A stretch of DNA of 64,000 nt from Podarcis vaucheri (Eukaryota): assembly GCA_965113315.1 (NCBI GenBank), contig OZ220368.1. The stretch is one strand, 5' to 3'. The first letter of the stretch is position 1. Every line of letters starts with the position of its first letter. This document shows, piece after piece, positions 1-11,744 of this stretch. The notes beneath the pieces were generated by a model. That model did no database searches, was not told the DNA's origin, and worked only from the letters and a program-made list of their open reading frames with translations. The position numbers and the translations under genes are program-made.

Positions 1-778
1 CTAGGTGGGGGAAGGTCTTTAAATTTCACTTCTACCTATAGTGAGTATTGGAAATTGTATTAATAAAACTGTCTCTTCACTACAAACTTTTGAATAATTC
101 ATATCTGCCAATGCTTTAAATCAGGTCCTCTTATTTGATACTAGACTTATGTTTTAATTTGTTGTTAAGTTTCACGTTTCAGCAGCAGTTCATATTGCAA
201 GCAATAGGGCAATCCACTCTGTGTAGAGGAATTTGTTAATGAGAAGCAAGCTTTTGGTGGAGTTAACCTCACTACAGAGCTCTTATTTCTCTTGCATAAG
301 GAGGTGAGCTCAAGCCACTAGGGAAGGAAGCAGCTGTAGGGAGGAGGGGGAAATGTTTTTGAACTTGCAGGTTGTTTGCAGCTTTTATTTTTCCCCACCC
401 AGTGCTCTGTGCCAAGGGTAGGGAGTGCTGCTCTAAATAACACTTTGGCCTTTATGGAAATATCTTGTGTTCCAGGAGTCTCAGCCTGCCCCTCTCTCTG
501 CAGAGTATAGTTAGCACTTCTCCAAACCTTATATAGCAAGGGCTGATTGTTAGTGTTAACAGGAATAAAATGAAACGGGGCGGGCTGCCAGATTGCATAA
601 ATCAGGCCAGTGTTTGGAATTTCATAAATGCTCTGACTTCGGGTACGATCTGAGCACTCAGAACAATACTGAACTGTTCTTTTTAATTTCTCCCTCTCAG
701 TGAGGGAAAGCCGAAGCTCTGTTTCTTAATTTCTGTGTTTGGCCTTTGTTTTTTTGTTTTGCTTCCATCTTACCGAAG

Positions 779-1320
779 ACCAAAGGAGGAGCAGCAACAG
801 CCAAGCAGATGCCCAAGATGTCCAAGTGCTGGATCAGTTCTCAGGTCTGCTGCATGGTTCTTCTCCGGTGTGTGAAATAAATGAGGACCCTTTCAGACTT
901 ATTTCTGCTGTGGGCAAAGGAAGTACCGAGGGGACTGCTATGCAGCTTGAAGATGTTGAGGAATCCATATCGGTACAGACTAGCAGTGCAGACCAAAATA
1001 AAGTGGTCTATTCAACTGTCCGCCATACCAGTGACAACAAGTTGGACCCTGAAACTTTAGCACATCCTCACTTGCCACAGCACCCTGGTGGTGCTGAGGA
1101 AGGAGACAAGAGCAGTGTTGTGGGCAGAATTTACCCGGGAGGCAAGCCCAGAGCAGAACTCAAACTTAGCCGTAGCTTGTCAAAATCGGACTCTGACCTC
1201 TTGACCACCTCCCCAACAGAGGACGATACTATGGGGAGCAGAAGTGAATCACTTTCCAATTGTAGTGCTGGAAAGAAAAGGCTGGAGAAATCACCTTCAT
1301 TTGCTTCAGAGTGGGATGAG
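779..1320 (+). CDS. ANKS1A: ANKS1A internal coding exon (linker region before the SAM domains; ...[12 protein letters not shown]...[11 protein letters not shown])
   Basis: Pyrimidine tract and AG at 777-778; donor GAG|GTAAGG after 1320. The translation DQRRSS...[14 protein letters not shown]...[56 protein letters not shown] matches ANKS1A/Odin as recalled. Confidence 0.95.
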
Positions 1321-3984
1321 GTAAGGCTGACCTTGACCTTATAAATCTGTTTTCGGTGGAATATTGTTGCAAGAGTTGATTTTAATACAGCATTTTGGAG
1401 GGTAAAAAGATTGGAGACGATGCTTTTTTGTCATATCTCTGTTTTACTTCCCCTTTTTGTAGATAATTACAATTTATCCTCATAAATTGAACCTGGAGCT
1501 CTGAACATAGTTGGTGCAGAATTGAGGGGGGGTGCTTAAAAGATTTTTAAACATATTGTTAGAAATTCAGGTTCAGGGTGTGAATTCCCTTGGCTTGTCT
1601 GCGACTTTGTAGAATGAATTCTGTACTGCTGGGGTGGGGGGGTGGGGGGGTGGAGGAAGCTGAAAGTGCTGGAGAATCAGTTGTCACATTGGAAAAGCTT
1701 CCACAGCTTAGTCTCTCTAGAATAGCTTGTAGAAAAGAGTGGGTCACATATCTAGGTCACCACTGTCTGCTTTGTATAAATGAGAAGTCATCAGTAAAGA
1801 TGAGGAGTTCCTAAATACCTTTGCACAGGTAGCATAAAGGAACTAGTTCAGAAGATTAATAGAAAGCCAGCTTACTGTTACATGCGCAAGACCACTAACT
1901 GGTTAAACTTGCTGATAGAAAGTTGCCTTAGTGAATAACTCAGCTAAGATTAAGTGTCCCTCTTGAAGCTTCACCACAGCATTACTGAAGCATTCTTCAG
2001 TAATGCTGATTCTACGGACTCTAAAAGTAGAGTCACATGAAAGATGCAAGTATAAACTGCTTCTAAATAATTAAAAGGGGCTCAAACTCCAACTGAGGGT
2101 CAGTTTTGAGGAACTACATGTCCAGTCTAAAACGAATGTAAAGGGAATTCGCTTGTCTGGCAAATTACATCCGTTGTGAAATAATCGAGTCACTATTTAT
2201 GTAAAAGAATCACTATTTATATAGCTCAGTGGCATGTCTTTGTAATCATAAGAAATAGATTAACCTTTATATTAAATGATTCTGCACATTTGGGAAGATG
2301 ATAAATAAATTTATTTAAAATAACAGGAGGACCTGTCCTGTGCCCACCTAGCCAGGGTGACAGTGGGATATAGTTTCCAAAAATACTGTGAACATGGGAT
2401 TATTTTGGAAGCATTGTTCTCTGAATCTAACACTATATGCATTCTGTGTCTTATTTTTGAAGTACCGGCAATACTGTCTATTTTTTAAAAAGTACATTTT
2501 CTTTTACCAAAACTACATAGGTAGCAAATAATGAACCTGAGGAGGGGGTGGGCTACTGATAGAAAGGAGTGGGGGTGCAGGGGAGGAGAGGTGGGATTAA
2601 GAGTTCATGACTCCCTGTGTGTATCTGTCTTCACTTAGGACTTTCATTAGCCCAAGCAGTGTTATGCAAACAAGTCCATATACGTATGGAGTCATATGCC
2701 ACAGCATTTTTCTTCTTGCTTTGCCTGCAAAAGGCTAGTCCATCACATGACAAAAGTATAGGAAGTTGTAGGAAGAAAAATTGGGAGTGGAACACATTTA
2801 ATCTATAGTCGAGGTCTAGAAGATTATGCTTGCAGATTTTGTGCTAGCTCTGAGTTCATTGGTTTTGTGGATTCAGTACACTGCCCTTTTGTGCTCTAAT
2901 GTTTTCAGGTATCTGCAATACACATGCCTAAATTTTCACCTGTCAAATAATCACCTCTATGTCTGGCAGCTGAAGGAAGTATCAGGCAAAATTAATATAA
3001 TCAGCTGACTGCAGAAAAATCTGTTTTACAAAACAGCAGAATTGTTTTTCCATAAGGAATTGGATTCCTTTAATATTAAAACAATAAAAATACCTGTACT
3101 AAGCATCAGAAACAAATATTTGTTTTATCAAGGTGGGTGGTTATGCACAATGGTGTGTTCTGTTTGCATAGCTGTGGATTAATGCCATGACTGATAATTT
3201 TGTACTGTTTGCTGGAAGTGCTACATATGATTCAATTTATGTTAGGGGTAAATATATTACATTGCATATAATAACAGTTCTTGGTCTGGAAACTGTCTCA
3301 TGCATTGCAAAAATGAATACTGCCATTAACACTTGCAGTTTTGATCTTAGTTACTAACTCCTATCTAAATATTTTGTGTTGGAAAATTATAAATGAGTGC
3401 AACTGCTGTCTAAACTTGTATATAGTGGCCTTAAATAGTTCAAGATGTTCTGTTTCCCAAACAGGGCATTGAAGAGCTTTCACAATACCTTTCCAATGAT
3501 GTTTTAATGTTCAGTCTGTTTCTTTCAGAATTATTGGTTACATCATCTTTAAAGACTCTGATTGGGGTCAGTGATACTTGGACTATAGAGAACTGCTGGA
3601 ACAGTTACTCATCCTGCTGTTCTGTACTAATGGTTATTTGCTGTTCCATCTGTGTTCTGATGGTAGTCTAGGCTGCATTTTGAAAAAATAAAGCAAGTCC
3701 AGCTCTTGACTCATGTATTTGGTAGCTATTTAGCAGAACGCTAATTGCTGTTAAAAGAACTGCTTTAACTCACATGCAGTTTACTGAGCTGGTTAGAAAA
3801 TAGACTTTTCCTTTCATAGGAGATCATACTCCTTCCTCTTCCCCCATGTGAAATTCCTCTTTCCTTGTCAGCATTAACCATTATCTAGCTGAGTCTAGAT
3901 GAAGACTGGTATCCAACAAAGTCATCCTGTTAGCGCAAGGATTTTTGCCTTCAACACAGAATTTCCTCTCCCCTGTCTGCTCCA

Positions 3985-4157
3985 AATAAATAAAAAATTG
4001 TCCTGTAGCACCTTAGAGACCAGCTAAGTTTGTTCTGGGTATAAGCTTTCGTGTGCATGCTTATACCCAGAACAAACTTAGTTGGTCTCTAAGGTGCTAC
4101 TGGACAATTTTTTATTTATTTCGACTGTGTCTGACCAACATGGCTACCTACCTGAAT
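3985..4157. mobile_element. Penelope-like element remnant arranged as an inverted repeat, with 12-bp TSD
   Basis: Arms 3984-4046 and 4059-4121 are reverse complements (2 mismatches in 63 bp); flanked by the direct repeat ctgtctgctcca (3973-3984, 4158-4169); the motif gtagcaccttagagac...ataagctttcgtg is typical of sauropsid Penelope-like termini (recalled). Confidence 0.7.
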
Positions 4158-5845
4158 CTGTCTGCTCCAGATAGTTCATGGAACCCCCAGAACAGATTTA
4201 GGTATAACCTGAAACCTGCGCTGACTAGAGGCTAATCCAGTATGGTCTGCAGTCTCCATCTGTAGGCTGAGTTATATCCAGACCAGCCAAACTTTTGCTC
4301 TTCCTCTCTTCACTAACCCCCTGCCTCTGCACAGCATCCAAACAGCTAAAGGAAAGCTTGCTCATTATTTTGTGACATGTTGCTTCCTCCTAATAAAGCT
4401 GTTGCCAGGTTGTGGATTTTTGCATATTTTTCTTGTGGACTAAGGCACCTTCTTTTTGCTTTCATTGATTTTATATGGAAATAAGTATAGTTAACTTAAT
4501 CTGAATCTAACCCAGGGCACATTAAAGTTGTTAGGTTAGCGTTTTAACCAGGAGTTTAGCACTGGTTTGCAACCATGTTTAATGTAACTCTTAACAGATG
4601 CAAAGCTATCTCATGATTAACACTGACAAGGAGAGGGAAATAACTCAAGTGTGGGGAGATTGAAATTTACTCATAATTTCTTAAATAGTTAGCTAAGTTG
4701 AAGTTATGTCTACACTAGGCATCATTAGAAATTTATGTTCTTTTAAAATACCTTGATACTTTCATGAAAATCCTGTGTTAATATATTGATCCTATCATTA
4801 TAAGAGAACAAGGATGGTGTTCATGGTGAGTTCCGGCATCTTTTTCTAGAAAACCAGCACTGTGTATAAGTTAGGTTAAAATGGGAAGGAATGACTTGTT
4901 TATAGGTGCTCACTTTCGTTCCCAATCTGAAGCTGCATAAGGCAGAGTTCTGCCCTACCTTGAGCCCTTAAGTAAGACAGATACTACTGGCTTGTCAGTA
5001 AGAGCCTTTTCCAAGCCAATGGGGCACACTATATACCTCAGTTCCTGCTCCAATTTGTAGACTTGTTGAATGGCAAAGGCTGAAGTCGGCACCCTGACAA
5101 TGGCTTAAAAGCAGGGTGTAGAAATATCAAAGGAAGAAGCAAAACATAATATAGCAGAACCTTGCTTATTGCTTCACTTCACTGTGGAATAAATTAAGGA
5201 TTGAACTTATGTCTGAAGTGGGCTGTAGTTAGTATAAATATTTGAATGCCTTTAAACTTAGCTGAAGGCTAAAGTGGTAAATTTGTTTCTGTAATCTGCT
5301 CATAAATATTCAGCTGACGTGAATTCAGTGTGCAGCAGTCAAAGCGCACTAAATTTTACATAATGTGAATAGATTGCTTTTGTACTTGAAGGTTGGAGTA
5401 GGATGTGTGACGCCTCTGCCAGGATGTGAAATGCTGGCATGACAGTTTCAGAATCATGTTTAACTTGTATATATGCATTTTTTCAGGTGTAGAACAACTT
5501 TAGACTCCACTTTGTATGGCTTTGATTATTTTAAAGGACCGTCTGTCCCATTCAAGCAAATGAGCAGAACAGTACTTAATACTTATTTTTACTTATTTAT
5601 GAATGGGTGTTCTCACCATGTCTCACCTGGTAATGGGCTGGATGAGAGCCAATAATCTGAAGATCAATCCAAACAAGACAAAGGCACTTAGTGGGTGGTT
5701 CCCTTGACCAGATGGATGGGATCAGAGTAGATATGCAGCTTGGAGGTACTTCTGAATCAGTTCCGGTTGTTGGAGGCTCAAGTGGCTTTGGTGGCACCGA
5801 GTGTCTTCCACCAACTTTAATTGTTAACTATTCTGTGGTTTGCTT

Positions 5846-6118
5846 GCGACACGGGTGGCGCTGTGGGCTAAACTACAGAGCCTAGGACTTGCCGATCAGA
5901 AGGTTGGCGGTTTGAATCCCCACGACGGGGTGAGCTCCCGTTGCTCGGTCCCAGCTCCTGCCAACCTAGCAGTTCGAAAGCACATCAAAGTGCAAGTAGA
6001 TAAATAGGTACCGCTCTGGCGGGAAAGTAAACGGCATTTCCATGTGCTGCTCTAGTTCGCCAGAAGCGGCATAGTCATGCTGGCCACATGACCCGGAAGC
6101 TGTACGCCAGCTGTACGC
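5846..6118 (+). mobile_element. Sauria (Squam1-type) SINE, 3'-truncated
   Basis: tRNA-like head gggtggcgctgtgggctaaa...ggtttgaatccc; conserved body gcagttcgaaagca...gtagataaataggtacc; reverse-complement similarity to 11380-11744. Confidence 0.85.
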
Positions 6119-6860
6119 TTAGCTTCTGGGTTTTTTGGGTTTTTTACAAATGTTATTTTAAACATCTTTTTTTCAGTTCATTACATACCATTTCCCAGTA
6201 AGCTTTAACCTTTCTACAAGACCCCCACCTTAATAATCCTACCTAGTTAGTATTTCTATTTACCGTTAGTTGATAGGACCTTGTTAACAATGTACTGTAA
6301 TCAATTTCCAATCATAATTTGTGAAACAAGTTTAAACTGCTTGCATCAGTTTTATGAGACATCCTGTAAATGTACTAGTAATTTTAACAGAAAATGTTTT
6401 GTGCTGTTACAGTTTGCACATTGGGGACCTGTATGGTTTCCAAACATGTGTAATGATGACATATTGAGAGACACATGTTGCATATGCAGTTCCCCACACA
6501 GAGGTCATCTAGGAAAAATGTGATGCGTAACGCAGGCTGTAGAGCAGCCAGAACTGCAACTCATTTGTGCATCTTTGTGCAGCTTATGTAAAGCCAGCCC
6601 ATGGACTCTCCCTATTATGTAGATCAGCTGCATCCAGGACTGGAAACACTGCCAGCTTGAATGGGCGTGTAGAATACTTGTGCCAAGGATTCTCAGATAT
6701 TTGTCACTTCTGATTTTAGATCAGATATATATCACTGCTATGTAGCAAAGCCTCATAATTTGCAATGCCTGGAAGCATAACTATAGTGCTCTGGTTTAAT
6801 GTTGAGACACCTTTACCAAATTATCCCATGCTACTTTCCCCCCACCCCTTTTTTAGTGTA

Positions 6861-7076
6861 CAGTCATACCTTAGAAGTCAAAAGGAATCTGTTCCAGAAG
6901 TCCGTTTGACTTCCAAAACGTTTGAAAACCAAATCTTGGGTTCTGATTCGGAAGCCACGTTGGACGTTTAGGTTCCATAAGAACATTTGCAAACCGGAAC
7001 AATCATTTCCAGGTTTGTGGCGTTCGGGAGCCAAAACATCTGAGTTCCAGGGTGCTTGGGATCCAAGATATAACTG
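6861..7076. mobile_element. Tc1/mariner-pogo type MITE
   Basis: TA|cagtcatacctt ... aagatataactg|TA terminal inverted repeats with TA duplication. Confidence 0.75.
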
Positions 7077-10016
7077 TACTTTGCAACTTTCCCTTTTGCC
7101 TTCTGCATGGACCTTTCTATAATTCCTAATTTGTTCCTAGTCTGTCTTTAGAATACGTGCTCATTTGCCTTGCAACAAGTCATGTGAAGCAATGCTTTTT
7201 GCAACTGAACCTTGTAATATACTATATATGGTTTGTATTGCAAGTACTGTACACAAATCTATAGGATATCACCACTGTAAATACTTTAAAATGCAGACAT
7301 CCTGTTAGAGCACCTGCTTTGATTTTCAGTTTCTCAGCTTTGTGGAGCTTGAGCCAACATGAGATAGCTTTAATTCTGATCTGACAGATTTTGGGGCATT
7401 AAATATAGAATTCTTGTTCTTGCACTAACTAAAGATCACACGTTACTAGAGCGATAGTTTTTTTGTTAGTATGAATTTGCAGTGATAATATATAATAAGA
7501 AAAGTTATATGCAGCGGCAAAAATTTGTCAGGTGAATTGGAAAAGTTTCTGGTAAACGCTGCCACTACTGTATATGGTGAAAAATGAAACTACACATTCT
7601 TTTTTAAAAGCAGCATTAATTTACCTGTGGAAGAAGAAGACTCTTCCTCAAAACATGTTTTGCTTTCTTGAAAATACATGGATGATTCTTTAGTCATCCA
7701 TGTTTTGTTTCAGAGCTTCAGATCCCAAGCTTGTTCCAGATTCCCAGCTGATCTTTACCTGACTGCTTAGGATCTAGTTTTCAGTCTGTGTTGCTAACCT
7801 TTCCATCGTAATCCATTCAAGATGAAAGTGAGCTGTCTGATTTTTTTGAAAGGAAAGGCAGCCAGGGTACATATTTCTGCAAAGATTGCTATGTCTTTAG
7901 TCCATGTCCAGATAATATTCCTTGTTAAGGAAAGGCCATGCATTTGGTTAGGTAATTTGTAAGGCATGCGACTTTATTTTATTACTTTGAATTCAGATTA
8001 ATAAGAATAGCATTAAATTTTCAAGTCTTCGATATTGGTGCTGCCAAGCTCTTAACAGGCAAGCCTACTATATTATGTATATGTGGAATGAAATAACAGT
8101 GAACTTACAAACCTATAATTCTGTGGCATGAAGCTGCTGACCAAATTAGCCAAGCATCATAAACTGCCCTGGCTTTGCTCTCTGTGTAGTAATTGCTATC
8201 TTGTGGAGCCCTGGTTTTGGTTTATAGGAAGGATAGTGACAAGTAATATATTACCTTAATTATGCATTGGTTTTAGATTCCCTTAAGACTTGTGGTCCAA
8301 TGTGGTCATGTAATTCATAAACTGAATCTTACGGTTTTTACTGCTCTTGGCTACTGAGAAGAATATGACTTCATATTTTCCTTTTACCCTTCTCAAATGC
8401 TAAAGCTGACCTTCATTGGTAGCTTTTCACATGTTCTGGGACATATTACTTGGCTTTGCCTTTCTAAGGCAATATCAGCATTAACTTATTTGCAGCTGAT
8501 TTACCTGAAATGTGTATAATGTCTGTATGTGTATAAATGAACATAATTTTATTTGTGCAGAAGACCATAGATTCTATACATGCTCTTGATGGTATCTACA
8601 CCATTATTGCTATGGCTAGTGGCTAATGCAAATAAAGTTCCTATGTATGTATCTACAGCGCTATAAACCTGAAGGTATGAGAATTGTTTTGGTTTTAGTC
8701 TTATGTTGTTGTGCTTACTTTTCTATGGACCAACATGGATTGTATCTGTGATCACACAAAAAGCAACCTTTGTGGGGTTTCTAGTTTCATTGCATGTCAG
8801 GAAGCAATGAGAAGAAATAACAATGTATTGGAAGCCATATTTGCAGAGGTCTGCCAGACCTACGGATTGCTAGGAAATAAGCTGATTACCAATTTTTTTA
8901 TCTTCAGGAAGTGCTACTTCTCTATAGACTGGGGTAGGCAGGCTTCATGCTTGCAGGAACTTTGTTGGGGTTTTTTTGCTAGAACTTGTCACTCACCAAC
9001 TAGAGACAGATGCAAGAAGCAGATGCTTAGAATTAAAGAATTCTGAGACTAGAAGTTTTATTTTATGCCAAAACTGAACTGAAATTACAACCCTTTCACA
9101 AACAGAAACACACAAACTTTTTTTCTTTTTTTTTTGGCTTCTGCAGATTCAGCAGGATGGCAGAGTAATTTTGTTGTCATTGCTAAACTGGGAGTCAGAA
9201 ATTCTTGCTGATCTGCTTCAAATCACATCTTTCAGTAGGTTCTGATCTACTTTCTGGCCACTCCTGTTTTAGGCTGTCTTGAAATGGGCTCTATTTTCAC
9301 AATGAAAATAGTACTTCAGGTTTAGTTGAGGCTGTTACAGCTCAGCAGCTTCTTAGCCTGCACTGCACTGCATTGTAAATTATATTTTACAATGTGCCCA
9401 TATGCCAAGAGCTTAGGCTCCATAAAGCCTATTTATTAGCTTTGCCTTTTCTAAACTATATTTGTGTCAAGAGGTTTTTTAAATTGAGCATATGAAGTTT
9501 CAGCTTCCTCAGAAAATAGAAGAGACTAATTACATTAAAATACAGGCAACTCCCCGTTTGTGCAGGGGTTGAGTTCAGGGTCATTGTGCATGTCAGCATT
9601 TCTGCGTAAGCCCGTTCCACCCCTGTCCTGGGCCTGAGACCAATGCACGTGTCAGCAGTTGCATGCCAATTGGACATGCACAAAATGGTCACCGCCTCTA
9701 TTTAAATTTTCTTAATTAGATTAAGAAAAAAATGTTGGCTATGTTCTTGCCTTTTTTAAAAAACTAATTTACTTGGCACTCAACCTCAGGGAAAAAAGCA
9801 AGGCTCTTCTCAAACAGAGATTTTTTTGTATGGCTCATAATTAAGCTAAAGCAAGAATGAAAATGCAGTTTACATTTACTAATTTCTATGAGACTTTTTG
9901 TGTGCACTTCGTACAACAGCACAAGTACACCTGTAAGCTACAGTTGATTTTGGTCATTAGTAGCTAAGTAAACAAATCCTAAGAAGCTTGGCTGTTGTTT
10001 TGTCCCAACAGTAATG

Positions 10017-10237
10017 TAGGGTCACCATATTTCAAAAAGTGAAAATCCAGACACAAAAGTTGTTGAGCTCTTAGTTTTTGAGCTATTTTTAGTGAAATTC
10101 ACCAAAATCTACACTTCCGACATGGGTTGCCACACATCCAGATTTTCCTGGACATTTATCCAATTCCCACCCAGACACTGTATCTGACGACCAAATCCCG
10201 GTTATGTCTGGGAAATTCCAGACATACAGCTACCCTA
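10017..10237. mobile_element. hAT (Blackjack-like) MITE
   Basis: TIRs tagggtcacca...gctacccta; 8-bp TSD cagtaatg/ctgtaatg (7/8); related copy at 40459-40702. Confidence 0.75.
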
Positions 10238-10257
10238 CTGTAATGAGAAGCATAGTA

Positions 10258-10973
10258 CAGTCATACCTCGGGTTGCAAACATGATCTGTGTGGGTATTGG
10301 AAGACACAGGATCTACCCACCTTGGAAGAATGGCAGATGAAGGTGATAGACTATATGGGACTGGCTGAAATGACTGGCAGAATCCGAGACCAGGGGAAAG
10401 AGACAGCGGAAGAAGATTGGAAGAAATTTAAAATTTACCTTAAGAAGAATTGTAAAATTAATGAGTGTTAAAATGTTGTAGTTATAGAAAGTAAGGGATT
10501 ACAGCTGTAAAAGATCAAGTAAAAGAAAAGAAAAGGAAAAATTGGATAAGATTAAGGGGAAGATTTGCTGAAACAAATTTGGGAATTGGAATGCAGAAAG
10601 GGGAGGTATGGGGAAGTCGGCGAAATAAGTTTTAAGAAGAAAAAGGATATGAAACTATATATGTTTGTTTTTGTGTTTGTATGTTTGTATTGTGTATTGT
10701 CTGTGTTTATATAAATTGTGAAAAACCAATAAAAATTTTATTAAAAAAACCATGATCTGTGTGGGAGGCACGTTCGCAACCCACAGCGTTGCGTCTGCGC
10801 ACACACGTGATGAGATCTGGCGCTTCTGTGCATGCGCGTGACATTATTTTGCGTTTCTGTGCATGCGCAAGCGCCGAAACCTGGAAGTAACCCGTTCTGG
10901 TACTTCTGGGTTCAGTGCGGTCCACAACCCGAAAACGTACAACCCGCAGCATTCGTAACCCGAGGTATGACTG
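10258..10973. mobile_element. Tc1/mariner-pogo type MITE interrupted by an L1 insertion
   Basis: TA|cagtcatacctcgggtt ... aacccgaggtatgactg|TA perfect TIRs; split by the insert at 10295-10750. Confidence 0.85.
10295..10750 (+). mobile_element. 5'-truncated L1-type LINE (ORF2 C-terminus, 3' UTR, A-tail) with 15-bp TSD
   Basis: 10295-10471 reads YWKTQDLPTLEEWQMKVIDYMGLAEMTGRIRDQGKETAEEDWKKFKIYLKKNCKINEC*, resembling a non-mammalian L1 ORF2 C-terminus; AATAAA plus A-tail; TSD catgatctgtgtggg at 10280-10294 and 10751-10765. Confidence 0.85.
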
Positions 10974-11379
10974 TATAGCATTCCACATCCATATGGCCTG
11001 TGTTTTAGGTTTTACTGTACAATTAACTATTATCTAAATTCTCATGTTTTGTGCGGTGTGAGGGAAATCCATTCATACCCTAAACCCATAGTGTTCTTTT
11101 TGATGCTTGCTAGCTAGTCAGTTTCACTACAAATTTAATCAGATTTCTTCTTCATTGTGCTGTTGTGTACATTTAGAAACAAAGAATTGAAAATTAACAC
11201 CAACATAACCTTATCCAGAGTTCTGTTTTGCTGTTATTTTGTAAGATATAGTTTGGACTGTCAAATCAAAATACTGTGCACTTCTAGTTTGTGGCTTTTA
11301 GAAGTATAGAACATAACACAGAACAAAAATAGATTATATTTTATACAACTTTTCAGTTGTAGCCCAAAATATACATGTA

Positions 11380-11744
11380 AAAGGTAAAGGTAAAGGTACC
11401 CCTGCCCGAACGGGCCAGTCTTGACAGACTCTGGGGTTTGTGCGCCCATCTCACATCTATTGGCCGGGGGCCAGCGCTGTCCGAAGACACTTCCGGGTCA
11501 CGTGGCCAGCGTGACAACGCTGCTCTGGCGAGCCAGAGCAGCACACGGAACGCCGTTTACCTTTCCGCTGGTAAGCGGTACCTATTTATCTACTTGCCCC
11601 GGGGGTGCTTTCGAACTGCTAGGTGGGCAGGCGCTGGGACCGAGCAGCGGGAGCGCACCCCGCCGCGGGGATTCGAACCGCCGACCTTTCGATCAGCAAG
11701 CCCTAGGCGCTGAGGCTTTAGCCCACAGCGCCACCCGCGTCCCT
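11380..11744 (-). mobile_element. Full-length Sauria (Squam1-type) SINE with 31-bp TSD
   Basis: (ACCTTT)n tail seen as aaaggtaaaggtaaaggt; B-box-like GGTTCGAATCC on the minus strand; identical flanks 11349-11379 and 11745-11775. Confidence 0.92.

Noticed and set aside
739-778. Predicted ORF start [13 protein letters not shown]
   Set aside because: This is the intronic pyrimidine tract read from a TTG; the exon starts at 779.
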